DNA of 64,000 nt, from contig OZ025714.1 of assembly GCA_964019335.1 (NCBI GenBank), positions 124,001 to 188,000 of the forward strand, read 5' to 3'. Numbering within the stretch: position 1 is the stretch's first letter; each line of letters opens with the position of its first letter. The DNA comes from Diplonema japonicum (Eukaryota; Protista; Euglenozoa: Diplonemea). Made by a program: the position numbers and the translations under genes. Below are positions 12,559 to 22,422 of this stretch, in pieces. The notes below the pieces were generated by a model. The model was not told the origin of the DNA. It did not search any database and saw only the letters and a program-made list of their open reading frames with translations.

Positions 12559-13896
12559 TCAAATTTCTTCTGCAAGAATTCGTGCGATCTCGGCAGCTTC
12601 TTTGTAACTGTTTTTCACATCGTGTAGGGAGTACCGTATGTTGTCGCGCACAAGGGGCCGCGGCGACGTTAGCCGAACGGATGGGAAGACTGGAAGGGCT
12701 GCTTTCTGCTTCCGCAGAGCAGCAGTACTCGTTTTTCTGTGCCGGTGCAGCCTGTTGCGAAGACTCTTCAACCTTTTCGCGTTGAGCTCCCGCTCCTCGG
12801 AACTATCAAAAACCTTCCTGACCCTTTGTATGAAGATAGTCATCGACAGCGCCACGATCATCATCGCAGTCATCATAACAAGCGCCCCAACTATTTTACC
12901 CCCTATAGTATATGGGACAACGTCACCGTAACCAACGGAAAGCAGCGTGACAAGAGACCACCACAAAGCTTCGGACGCACTTTGTACCTCAAGCCGTTGT
13001 CCTGCATCCAAGTACATAGAATTGTTATTGCGAACCCACACAGCTCTGTTTTCATCAAGAAACGCCTCAGAAAACACAGATGATTCCACTGTAAAGAACA
13101 GCATACCCGACAGCAACACGGCAATGACCAGCAAAAAGCAAAGCCACATGAATGACACCAGCGTTTCTTGGATGGCAGACGCCATCAACGCGATGCTGTG
13201 GCACCCCATACCCACGTTGTACAGACGGAAAATCCGGAAAATCCTGATAGCCGAGAAAAACTTTCCAATATCCCCCGTTAGCAAACCCGTCACAGAACCA
13301 AGCAAAGGCGGGACAATGGACCCCAAGGATATATATATATAAGGACTGAAAAGAAGATCCAACAAAAACGGCGATGTCACGATCTTCAAACACAGCTCCA
13401 CAATAAACCACGACACACAAAAAGTTTCAACAACATATGTCGGGCAGTAGATGGATCTCTCTAACCTGAGAGTGATGAAAGGCTCGGACTCTACAACAAT
13501 GCCTGCTATGGATATTAAAGTGACGGCTCGAGAGAATCGTGTCATGTAAATTGATCTGGACGACCCGTCCTCGCCGTTGACATATCTACTGAGAAGCTTC
13601 CGCAGCCTTTCAAGCCAGTCGCCGTCGTTGCAGAAGGACACTGCGTTGAACTTCACCTGCTGGACGTTTGTCTTGTCAACGTACTCTATCAGCTTCCCCA
13701 GCGGGACCTTCCCCGACTCCGAGGGGTCCACCTCTTTCAAAATCTCGTCCGTCAGCTCTCTTATCACGTCCTCAGACATCTCCGGGAGGACCGTCGAGCA
13801 CATTACCTCCAACTCACCATCTAACACATACACCTCATCCTCTTTTGACACGCCCGGAGACACCGACGGCGACAACGATACTATCGAAACCGACAT
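12559..13896 (-). CDS. Voltage-gated-type 6TM potassium channel subunit with N-terminal EF-hand-like segment, 445 aa
   Basis: S4 AIRIFRIFRLY; pore EALWWSLVTLLSVGYGDVVPYTIGGKIVG; EF-like LKEVDPSESGKVPLGKL. Confidence 0.92.
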   Translation of the reverse strand: MSVSIVSLSPSVSPGVSKEDEVYVLDGELEVMCSTVLPEMSEDVIRELTDEILKEVDPSESGKVPLGKLIEYVDKTNVQQVKFNAVSFCNDGDWLERLRKLLSRYVNGEDGSSRSIYMTRFSRAVTLISIAGIVVESEPFITLRLERSIYCPTYVVETFCVSWFIVELCLKIVTSPFLLDLLFSPYIYISLGSIVPPLLGSVTGLLTGDIGKFFSAIRIFRIFRLYNVGMGCHSIALMASAIQETLVSFMWLCFLLVIAVLLSGMLFFTVESSVFSEAFLDENRAVWVRNNNSMYLDAGQRLEVQSASEALWWSLVTLLSVGYGDVVPYTIGGKIVGALVMMTAMMIVALSMTIFIQRVRKVFDSSEERELNAKRLKSLRNRLHRHRKTSTAALRKQKAALPVFPSVRLTSPRPLVRDNIRYSLHDVKNSYKEAAEIARILAEEI

Positions 13897-14193
13897 CTAC
13901 GCATCCATTCCCTTTGTGGTTGGAGTGGCGCAAGATATTTTAGAAACAAAACGGGGGAAAAAAATACTTTCGGGGATATCTAATGGATGAACAATGGGAA
14001 GGGGGGATCTACAAGGGAGGACGAAAAAGAAAGGGGGGTCTTTTGAACTGTTTCTTTTTTTTTTTCTTTATTTTTTTTTTACCCCCTTCGCTCCCTCATT
14101 TCGTTTCGTTCTACTTTTTTTTTTTTAAAATCAAAATACCTATTACATATTTGTTTGTTCATTTTTTTTTTCTTTTTTTTCTCTGTTCCCCCT

Positions 14194-17100
14194 CTAGAAG
14201 TCGAACGCAGTGCCGCCTGTTACCTGCATGCTGCTTGTGACCTGCAAGGCGTGATCGAAGGAGTCACGCGAGAGCAACGAGCGCATGCCTTGCAACAGAC
14301 TGCTAACGGTGGAGGGGTACCGCGAAGCGGCGGAGGTGAACGCAGACGTGGATGCACCGAGGGAATGCTCGCTTGGAGTTGTGCCTTTGATGCCCGACAC
14401 TACTGTGACCCTATTAGGGGTGAGGGCGTCAGGGCCTTTCAGGTTAACAGAAGGAATGCCATCGTTGAGTTGTGTTACGCTGTAAGGCAGGCGCTGTGTT
14501 GTGTGTGGTGGTGCATGAAGGCAACATACCAGTAACGGGCCTGACCCGCCATGCACGTCGAAGACACAGGTCAGAGAGCTTCCTGGTTTAAGAGAAGGGA
14601 GCACGAGGTCCGTGAGTTCTTCTTCTGTGATGTACCCTGCATCCTGCGTGTCCACAGGGACCATCACGTCGTCGCTCGTCTTCGCCGCTTCTCTGCCGTG
14701 CCCGCAGTAGTAGAGCAGCTGTTTCGTGTCTGGCTCGCTCGTCAGCCATCTTAACTCATTCATGATGTTCTGCTTCGTCGGGTAGTGCTGCGACCCTTCG
14801 CCCACATCTCCCGAGTCTTTCAGCACGTGCACGTCACACCCCTGCCACCCCTGCCGTCTCATTACAAAGTTCCCCACGTTCGAAGCAAACTGCGGTGCTT
14901 TATGCAACGTCCCCAGGCCGCTCCTTTCATACGACACCCCAATGAGCAACGCCCTGCACTTGCTGCCTTGATGGCCACTTTGCGGCGCTGCTGGGATCTG
15001 TTTGATACTCATAGGCCCGGTGGGCTGCACTGGACCGGGTCCCATGGGCTGCTTCACCGCCATCTGCGTTGGTTTTTGCGCGTGCTGCGACCTTGATGCA
15101 AAGCCTGTACCGAACATCCCGGGGCGGGAGGTCTGCGACGGCTGCAGCAAGTTCTTGTCGTGCATGATGGTGCGGAGTGCTTCCAAGGCAGGCACCCATG
15201 CATGGAACACGTCGTCTTTCAAAGTCATCTGCCGTGTGTTGTGATATGTAGATAACATGCATACCAAGTCGAATGATTTGTAGGTAGGCTCCTCGGTTGG
15301 AGTGGTCTGAACCCTGAACGTCAGGGTGAAGCACCCTCGGGACGAGACGAGTCTCCGCTTGTTCCCTACTCTCATGCCTTTGATCCATTCATCGCCGTGT
15401 GTCGCTGCTTTGTGTGTGCGAAACCCTGGTGTGTCCGTCCCTCTCTGCACCCCAACTAGTTGTGTAAGTGCGTCCTGTGGTGTCGTTGGGTAGTGGTTTG
15501 GTTGGCATACCGCAGTTTTGAAGCTGGTGCTGTCTTCCCTTTGGGCGTAGCACAGCCTGGGCACCATTTTCCCAGTCCGCGAGTCCTTCGTTTCCTTCAA
15601 AAAGAAGAACCTCTCAGCCGGATCGCCCTCCCGCCCGAACTTCACCATGTACGTCCCGCGCATCATCCATGACACCGCGTTCAAGAAAGGTGTCGTCATG
15701 TACTTCTCGATGAGGGCCGTGTCTTTGTCTGACTTCCCGTACTCAATGCCCCGCAGGTATAGAAGGTTTAGTATGACAGACGAGGCAGGGTGAACTGCCC
15801 ATTCAAAGCGCTGTTCCTTATAAAAGATTTGCTGGTGTTCGGGCACTACAGGGATGTCATCATTCGGCCGCTCCAACACCACCCCTTTCGGGCTTACTTC
15901 ATTGAGCGTCGAGTGTGGGCGGCTGTATTCCAGTTCCATTTCTAGCACTGATTTCGGGCGCTGATGAGGCGATCTCAAACGAGGCGATCTAACAGGGGAG
16001 CCACCTCGCCGTGGTGAAGCTGCCCGTGGGTGCATCGTAGGCTGCATGCCCTGCTGCGAGGGTGGCATGCCCTGCTGAATGAAGCTTCCCTGTGGCTGCT
16101 GCGGCACGCCCATCGTATGGGGCATCTGTTGCATACTTTGTGCTTGAGGATGCTGAGGATGTGCCGAAGGTGCATTCACGTACTGCGTCGGAGGTGTGTG
16201 TGTGGGAATGCCGCCCTCGCTGAACACCGGTTGCGGTACCGACCACCCGTTGGCATCCTGCTGCAGCATCAGCTGCTGTCCTCCGTGGTTCCCCACGGGA
16301 CGTAGGGTCCCTTCGGGCGACACGAGTACCTGCAGGGAGCCCTTTTTGTTCATTTTGTGGGCCATCCGCTTCCTCTCGAGCTGTGCTAGTCTTTCTTGCT
16401 TCCATCGCTGCCTGGCTGGAGAGACACCCTCTCTCTCCCCGAAGTTATAGATTGCCCCTGCTTCAGTTGGGAAGATAGGCTTCTCCCTATGTTCATGCAC
16501 AGTCCAAGGTTCGCGTCCCGAAGGCGGCGGCCTACCTTCATTGCCATGCATGCCAGAGGCGTACTTGACCTGAAAGCTTATGTTTGATTCAGGAAAGGGC
16601 GGCTGGTGAACACCTACCTGTCCTGGATGGGGTGCGTCAGAAGGCCCGAGCCTCGGGGACAGGCGTTCTTTGTGTGGCGAAATCCGAGCTGCAGGGTATG
16701 CCGCAGGCGGTGTGGGTGTGAGGTCATAAGCAGGCCTGCCAAACTGCTGTTCGGGCATCCTCGGCGACAGGGCACCAGAGGCGGGTGTTGAGTGACCTGA
16801 ATACACAGGAGGAGTCGCTGTCGCGTGCATGGGGGCGGGTGGTGCGTATCCAGTCGCGGGCGTGGTCGATGCATAAGCATGCGTGGGCGTGGCGATTGGG
16901 GCTGTCATTTTCGTGGAAAGTCTGGGTGCAAATGCGGATGCCGACATGGGTGTAGAGGTAGTATGTGTTGCAGCTGCCACCGGAGCAGGTGGTGTTGGTC
17001 GGGATCCCTGTGCGGCAGGTGACAAAGCACCCAGTCGCAACGAGCTTGTCCCTTGCGGTTGTGGTTTAGCAATGTTGACAGACCCCCCGATCACAGGTGC

Positions 17101-18327
17101 CGGTGGTGGGGGTGGTATCTCATCAGGCCGAGCAGGTTCTTTTCGTGGTTCTTTGTTTTCATTGCTGCTGATAAGCGGGTCAGGTGCGATAGTAGACGGC
17201 ATCTTGCTGAGTATCACAGGCGGCGCTGGTGGCTCCGGCATGCCCGAAGTATCTTTCAACCTGCTGCTCGGGAGTCCTGACGGCGGTGGCGGTGGTGCGG
17301 TTGCACTCGACTGATGCGCTGATTCAGGGGCTGAACTGAGGCGTGTTGAGGGCAGATCAGCTGTCCTTGAAGGCATCTCAGCTGGCTTTGGCTGCTCAGA
17401 CGATGGCGGCTTAGTTGCCATGAGAACAGGAGTACCACCAGCACCACCCACTGGGGGTATCGGATTGCGGGGGGGAACCGAAGGAAGCTTGCTCTGCTCC
17501 TGAGAATGAAGAGATGCTGGCAAAGACATGTTGGGGTCGTGCACGGAAGGCTGCTCGAGAGGCTTGGCAAACGCCGCTTCAGCAGAGTGAAGAGACGGCG
17601 GATGGCCATGCAATTGATTGAGCATTTCTTCATGTGAGTGGAGAGACACCTTCTGCGGGTCAGTGTCAGGCCGTAGACCTGGTCCTGTAGAAATAAAAGA
17701 GTCACGATGTGGAACGCCTTGCCCTGTGCGTTGAGGTAACGTATTTAGAATGCCATCCCTGGGATGCTCGCTGTGGAGAGATGCTGGCACGGAGCTAGGG
17801 TTGATGCTGGGCGGGGGTGGCTGTGCTTGGGGCTTATCGGTGACAGCAGAGGAGTAGGGGACAGGGAATTGTTGTTGGGTACGACCTGGTGTGACTTGGA
17901 GCTGTGGGTGTGACAGCTGCGAAACCGCGTGATGCGAACGTGGTGGCGGGATTTCTATTTCTTTGCTATCAGGCACCTTTGACCACTTGTTGATCTGTGC
18001 GTCGAGGATGGTGTTCACTGTGTCATGAGTGACTCCTCTTGTCGTGTCCTCCCGAAGCGATGACTTCGAGACTGCAGGAGAGTGGGACGGTCGCCTTCCC
18101 CCAAGCCCCACACCCGCTCGCGGAGGGTTCCTCCCAACCCCTGCCCTGTTCCGTGCATACAACTCCTTGCTCACCTTGTTTGCAATGAACGCCTCATCAT
18201 GCCCCATCTCCAGGTCTTTATCGATCAGACTGTTCACATACTGATCAAATTCCTTGCTCGTATGCAGCTGGTGCGTGATCTTTGGTCCAGGCCGCTGCGG
18301 CGAGATTGTCGCCGAGTGTAGCGCCAT
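14194..18327 (-). CDS. Pro/Gln-rich protein with PH-like domain and C-terminal metacaspase-like (C14) domain lacking the catalytic Cys; 4 exons, ~1341 aa
   Basis: First ATG is 18327 (the ORF-track start is TTG). PH-like GTYMVKFGREGDPAERFFFL..CFTLTF..FHAWVPAL. Metacaspase motifs RALLIGVSY, PTKQNIMNELRWL, YYCGHG, and LTCVFDVHGGSG in place of DxCHSG. Confidence 0.85.
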   Translation of the reverse strand: MALHSATISPQRPGPKITHQLHTSKEFDQYVNSLIDKDLEMGHDEAFIANKVSKELYARNRAGVGRNPPRAGVGLGGRRPSHSPAVSKSSLREDTTRGVTHDTVNTILDAQINKWSKVPDSKEIEIPPPRSHHAVSQLSHPQLQVTPGRTQQQFPVPYSSAVTDKPQAQPPPPSINPSSVPASLHSEHPRDGILNTLPQRTGQGVPHRDSFISTGPGLRPDTDPQKVSLHSHEEMLNQLHGHPPSLHSAEAAFAKPLEQPSVHDPNMSLPASLHSQEQSKLPSVPPRNPIPPVGGAGGTPVLMATKPPSSEQPKPAEMPSRTADLPSTRLSSAPESAHQSSATAPPPPPSGLPSSRLKDTSGMPEPPAPPVILSKMPSTIAPDPLISSNENKEPRKEPARPDEIPPPPPAPVIGGSVNIAKPQPQGTSSLRLGALSPAAQGSRPTPPAPVAAATHTTSTPMSASAFAPRLSTKMTAPIATPTHAYASTTPATGYAPPAPMHATATPPVYSGHSTPASGALSPRMPEQQFGRPAYDLTPTPPAAYPAARISPHKERLSPRLGPSDAPHPGQVGVHQPPFPESNISFQVKYASGMHGNEGRPPPSGREPWTVHEHREKPIFPTEAGAIYNFGEREGVSPARQRWKQERLAQLERKRMAHKMNKKGSLQVLVSPEGTLRPVGNHGGQQLMLQQDANGWSVPQPVFSEGGIPTHTPPTQYVNAPSAHPQHPQAQSMQQMPHTMGVPQQPQGSFIQQGMPPSQQGMQPTMHPRAASPRRGGSPVRSPRLRSPHQRPKSVLEMELEYSRPHSTLNEVSPKGVVLERPNDDIPVVPEHQQIFYKEQRFEWAVHPASSVILNLLYLRGIEYGKSDKDTALIEKYMTTPFLNAVSWMMRGTYMVKFGREGDPAERFFFLKETKDSRTGKMVPRLCYAQREDSTSFKTAVCQPNHYPTTPQDALTQLVGVQRGTDTPGFRTHKAATHGDEWIKGMRVGNKRRLVSSRGCFTLTFRVQTTPTEEPTYKSFDLVCMLSTYHNTRQMTLKDDVFHAWVPALEALRTIMHDKNLLQPSQTSRPGMFGTGFASRSQHAQKPTQMAVKQPMGPGPVQPTGPMSIKQIPAAPQSGHQGSKCRALLIGVSYERSGLGTLHKAPQFASNVGNFVMRRQGWQGCDVHVLKDSGDVGEGSQHYPTKQNIMNELRWLTSEPDTKQLLYYCGHGREAAKTSDDVMVPVDTQDAGYITEEELTDLVLPSLKPGSSLTCVFDVHGGSGPLLVCCLHAPPHTTQRLPYSVTQLNDGIPSVNLKGPDALTPNRVTVVSGIKGTTPSEHSLGASTSAFTSAASRYPSTVSSLLQGMRSLLSRDSFDHALQVTSSMQVTGGTAFDF
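14494..14529 (-). other. GT-AG intron, 36 nt, in-frame, no stop
   Basis: CTG|GTATGTTG...ACAACACAG|CGC; removal gives SGPLLRLPY, matching the metacaspase SGt.ldLPy spacing. Confidence 0.82.
15229..15264 (-). other. GT-AG intron, 36 nt, in-frame, no stop
   Basis: TTG|GTATGCATG...CACACGGCAG|ATG; removal gives SFDLMTLKDDVFHAW, a typical PH C-terminal strand plus helix. Confidence 0.8.
15475..15510 (-). other. GT-AG intron, 36 nt, in-frame, no stop
   Basis: GCG|GTATGCCAACC...CACCACAG|GAC; A/C-rich insert inside the PH domain. Confidence 0.8.
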
Positions 18328-18467
18328 CCCAGGACACGACCGGGGCACCCTTCCCCTCCTGTGAGAATTCAGCCGATCCACAATGAACAAAGATTAGAGA
18401 AAAAAAGAAGAATAACTAAAATAGATAATAAAGACAAAAGGGAGGACGGAAATCCACCTCGTTTCAT

Positions 18468-21400
18468 TCAAGCGGACATGAGCCGCAGCACCGCAGTGCA
18501 GAACATGTCGTATGACACTGAAGGGGCTGGGAAGGCGGGCTTGGATGGTAGAAGCCCGCATGTTACATCCAGTGATTCAAGCGCAGCCTCTGCGGACTCA
18601 AGAGTGACGGTGTCGGTGGAGGAGTCGAGACGGAGGGTTTTAAAAAGACGCCGAAGATGGACCTCGGAGCTGATACTACTAAGCGGAGAGCGGGGTGGCG
18701 GGATAGGTGGGTTGACAACACGGGACAAGGGCTTAGCTTCGATAGAAGAGTCGAAAAACCCAAGACACTTGAACCGATGGCACGCAGGGGTTGACGAGCT
18801 CTCGACAACCACTAAGCGAACTCTAGTTACATCTGCAATGACTGGGCTGAAGGTTGAGTTCACTGTTGCTGTCTTGTCGACGTAGAAGTTCCGTTTGCAG
18901 GCTAGTACCGAACTCCCGTCTGTCCGTCCCGCATGGATTTCAAAGGTCATCCTCCCAACGGTATCGAAACGGAACAACGCCCTGACCCCAAACAGCGTTG
19001 CCGTCTCGCGTAACTCCAACTCCAACCACTGCGGCGCAGGACCAGCCGCCTTCCACCCTTCCCCTTCCCCAGTGAAATCCCGAAGAGTGTATGTTGGACG
19101 GAATCCTGGGTCTTCTGGGTCCCATGAGCTGCAAGTGCACGTCACGTCGCTGGATACTTCTTTCTCCCTCATTAAAGCCACCGTTTCATGTCCTAAAAGA
19201 GTTATACTAGATGTGTTTTGCCCGTCCCACACCACACTGCAGTAACCCGTGTTGCACGGTGTTCCGTGGTTCCCGTTCTCCGAGCTGTCTTTGAGATCGT
19301 TGCGCAGGGCCCACATCCCTTGCGTGGCATGCACGTTTGTCGAAATGCTGAGGTCTTGTATATACCCATAGAAGGTGTTGCATATCCCGCCGCCTGTCAA
19401 GATTCCACCGAGCGTGATATTGTGCTTGAAGCTCTTGAACTCCCTAGGTGCTTCGTTCACTCGCACTGACACGGGTCTCGCATGTGAATCTACAAACACT
19501 CTCACAACACCTTTCTCAGCTGACAACACCTCCACCGTCAGTCTATGCCATACAGAGTCCACTACTTCTGCCTGCGCACTCACAATAAGTTTCCTTCCTA
19601 CTTTATCCGCCACTAGCAGCATCAGATCTTCCTTCTCCAGATCAAGCGCCAAGGCTACTCCGAATCCGTTCTCGTCGAACCCTCCCAGGATTCCGTACAG
19701 GTTGCGCGGGATGAGCGGGTACACCACATCGGGTTGCGATGTGATACCGGGTTTGACAAGCACGCAGAGATCGATGCACATGCACTCCATAAAAAGACCT
19801 GTTTCGCCGACGGGGCCGAGCATAACGCATGAGTTCTGTCCCTTGAACCTCGGGATGGTCGTGATGCCATTGGTGGGCTGCCATGTTGTCCCTACCAGCT
19901 GGCCGAAGTTCCGCGACGGCGAGATGTCTACGACCCTCCCTGCAGAGCACATCCCATCGCGCATTGGGAGGTCCATGACCAGTTCCTCGCCAGCCCAGAA
20001 CTTTACAGACGCAAGGAACCCATCAAAGGACTCCGCTACTTCTAAAGCAGCTGCCCGTGTGCACCCCCCTATAAGGAGCGGCAGGTTCGTCGGCTGCAAG
20101 GTCAAGTCCACAGAGGTCCCTGTCTGCACCACGTTGTCCAGACGCTTACCGTCAATCATAATCTGCACAGCACGACCTTCCGAGGGTACAAGCAACGTTA
20201 CGTGGTGGAAGTTGTCATCGCACAGTGTTGGGTAGTATGCCTGTGCCGTGAAGCTATTCCCCAGCATGTCTCTCACCTGGAAGAGCAGGGTATTTGAGGA
20301 TGGTTTCAAATCGGTGTTCTTATTCACAGACAGGAAGAGCGACTGGGAATGCTCCGTGGTGGTCAAGGAGAGCAGTGTGAAGGGAATGTCTTTTTCTGCA
20401 GTTTTGACATGCAGCTCGAAAGTACAGCCTGTCTGCTTCGACAGCGCAGCCCATATCTTCTGCGGAGGCTTGCATAGCACGTGAGAGCCTCTTCCGTCAA
20501 AATACAAATAACTTGCAGGAAACGGTGAAGATGGGACCTTCCAGGAGCAGAACATCGTCTTCCCACGAACTCCTCCGATGAGGTCTTCGACGGTGGTCCC
20601 GGTGCCTTCGTCCATGGGCCAGTACGCCACGGGGTGTCCAGAGCTGGACAAGGTGACGCTCCGCATCTCACCTTTGAAGTACTTGGAGTACACCCCGGCG
20701 CAGAAGTGTGCGCCTAAATGGAATTCTTTCCACTCCTTGAAACGCGCAGGAGCCTCGGCGTAGCCCTTCCCTAGCGTCACGTCCTTGTTGTCGATAGACA
20801 CTGCGACGAGGCCCCTCCTGGCGCACACTACATCCACCAGCAAGTGGTGCCAGCTCCCTTCGTTTAGCATGTCGCTCTTGAAGGCCACCTCAAGTGTTTT
20901 GCCGTCCATGTCACGCATCCATACAATAGACTTCCCAAACACCCACCCCCCGCCTTCCATCGTCAGGTCAGTGTTCAGATGTATTCCGAAGCCTGTCCCG
21001 TCCCCATCCCTCATCTTTCCCAACAGCTGTCCATTGTCCCCTACACGGTCCGCTAGCGTGCTCAACAATGTCATCGAACTGCTTGCTTTCAGCAGCACCC
21101 ACATGCTCACTCCAAAACCACTGCTCTGCCCTCCAAACTTATACTCTACTCGCATGTGGCCCATATTGAAATGCAACACCGTTTTGCTGTTCCTGTCTGC
21201 CCTCCAACACGGGTTCCGGATGCAGACCTCCTGTCCCGTCGACAAGTCTTCTGTTGTACAGCCTCTCCCATTGTCGAAGGTGACGCTGCTGAGGGTGTGC
21301 TTTGCGTCGGACATACTGAACGACTTAAGGAACCCCCGGTAGGGCGGGGCAGGGGCATCGTCATCTTGAGGTGCTCCCAGCAACAGAGGTGGCACGAAAG

Positions 21401-22337
21401 CTGAAAAAACAGCGCCCAACACAGGTGAGTGGGAGGTGGGGTCGACGAGCAGCATATTATTGTCGACGAAGACGACGATAGGAGGGCTGCGGTCGAGCTG
21501 CACAACGACTTCTAAACGGTGCCACCTGCCTGTCGTGAGTTCATAGATGCCTGCAACCCCTGTGGAGACGCCACAGGTGTCAGTCACCTTAATGTAAATC
21601 CTGTCTAAACAGAGCTCCCCGTCAGCATTGGAGTTCAGGATAACCTGGAAGCGCTGCTGTTGGTCACCCTTGAGATCGAGAAGAGTTTGTCGGTACGCAG
21701 TTGAAGAGGATAGAGTAAAGCCCCACACAGACCGGGCTAGGTAAGCCCCTAACGAGGAGAAGGAAGGCCCGAACTGCACTTGCGTATCATGCCCGTCAAA
21801 GAACAGCCAAGTGACAGGGAGGGATTCAAACGAAGAGCTTGTCCCATCCCATTGGTACAGGGTCTTGATGCTGTGCGTGTCGGGAGAGATACCGAGGACG
21901 CGGAATTCTGTGAAGGAGGTAGATTCATCAAAAGTGAAGGTCAGGTGTGTACGCTTAGACACTAGGTTGGTGGTGGCCATGCTGGGCCGGTGAATGGCAG
22001 GGACGCCATCTATATGGACTGAGAAGTTGTTCGCCCCAGAAGCTATCCGCCACCTAATATGATGCCATCTCCCGTTTGCCACGTGGTCAGAACACACGAT
22101 CTCGGCGAAGCCGTCGTTGTCATCTCGCACGCATAAATGCAGCAGCCCTTCTCCGGCCTGCTCTCCTGAACTCTTCAACCCTTCCCCCGAGACTATTTTC
22201 CCCTCCACACCATCACCTTCAAAAAACAACAGACACTTTTTTTCCCCCGGTGTTCTTTTCGCCAACAGCCAGAACTCCACCGTGACGTTTGGGAAGCATG
22301 TGGTCGCCTCCGGAAGGGTGTGGGTGTGGGTTTTCAT
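18468..22337 (-). CDS. Multi-LamG/concanavalin-A jelly-roll repeat protein with C-terminal discoidin/galactose-binding-like domain, 1289 aa
   Basis: Recurrent GRWHHI/GRWHRL/GSWHHL/DNFHHV/SVWHRL motifs, LLLGA..F.G, and VAYWPMDEGTGTTVED. C-terminal GWKAAGPAPQWLELEL. No signal peptide seen. Confidence 0.85.
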   Translation of the reverse strand: MKTHTHTLPEATTCFPNVTVEFWLLAKRTPGEKKCLLFFEGDGVEGKIVSGEGLKSSGEQAGEGLLHLCVRDDNDGFAEIVCSDHVANGRWHHIRWRIASGANNFSVHIDGVPAIHRPSMATTNLVSKRTHLTFTFDESTSFTEFRVLGISPDTHSIKTLYQWDGTSSSFESLPVTWLFFDGHDTQVQFGPSFSSLGAYLARSVWGFTLSSSTAYRQTLLDLKGDQQQRFQVILNSNADGELCLDRIYIKVTDTCGVSTGVAGIYELTTGRWHRLEVVVQLDRSPPIVVFVDNNMLLVDPTSHSPVLGAVFSAFVPPLLLGAPQDDDAPAPPYRGFLKSFSMSDAKHTLSSVTFDNGRGCTTEDLSTGQEVCIRNPCWRADRNSKTVLHFNMGHMRVEYKFGGQSSGFGVSMWVLLKASSSMTLLSTLADRVGDNGQLLGKMRDGDGTGFGIHLNTDLTMEGGGWVFGKSIVWMRDMDGKTLEVAFKSDMLNEGSWHHLLVDVVCARRGLVAVSIDNKDVTLGKGYAEAPARFKEWKEFHLGAHFCAGVYSKYFKGEMRSVTLSSSGHPVAYWPMDEGTGTTVEDLIGGVRGKTMFCSWKVPSSPFPASYLYFDGRGSHVLCKPPQKIWAALSKQTGCTFELHVKTAEKDIPFTLLSLTTTEHSQSLFLSVNKNTDLKPSSNTLLFQVRDMLGNSFTAQAYYPTLCDDNFHHVTLLVPSEGRAVQIMIDGKRLDNVVQTGTSVDLTLQPTNLPLLIGGCTRAAALEVAESFDGFLASVKFWAGEELVMDLPMRDGMCSAGRVVDISPSRNFGQLVGTTWQPTNGITTIPRFKGQNSCVMLGPVGETGLFMECMCIDLCVLVKPGITSQPDVVYPLIPRNLYGILGGFDENGFGVALALDLEKEDLMLLVADKVGRKLIVSAQAEVVDSVWHRLTVEVLSAEKGVVRVFVDSHARPVSVRVNEAPREFKSFKHNITLGGILTGGGICNTFYGYIQDLSISTNVHATQGMWALRNDLKDSSENGNHGTPCNTGYCSVVWDGQNTSSITLLGHETVALMREKEVSSDVTCTCSSWDPEDPGFRPTYTLRDFTGEGEGWKAAGPAPQWLELELRETATLFGVRALFRFDTVGRMTFEIHAGRTDGSSVLACKRNFYVDKTATVNSTFSPVIADVTRVRLVVVESSSTPACHRFKCLGFFDSSIEAKPLSRVVNPPIPPPRSPLSSISSEVHLRRLFKTLRLDSSTDTVTLESAEAALESLDVTCGLLPSKPAFPAPSVSYDMFCTAVLRLMSA

Positions 22338-22422
22338 CCCCCCCCACTGATAAGAGCTTTGAAAAAATTTTACGGAGGAAAAAAAAAAAAAGAAGAAACA
22401 AAATAAAAGGGGGGCTCGGTTT

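Noticed and set aside
20889-20924. 36-nt GTATGG...GAG candidate intron in the LamG gene
   Set aside because: It encodes VWMRDMDGKTLE, which matches the same strand in the other LamG repeats (VRDMLGNSF, VADKVGRKL), and it lacks exonic G at -1 and an A/C-rich tail.
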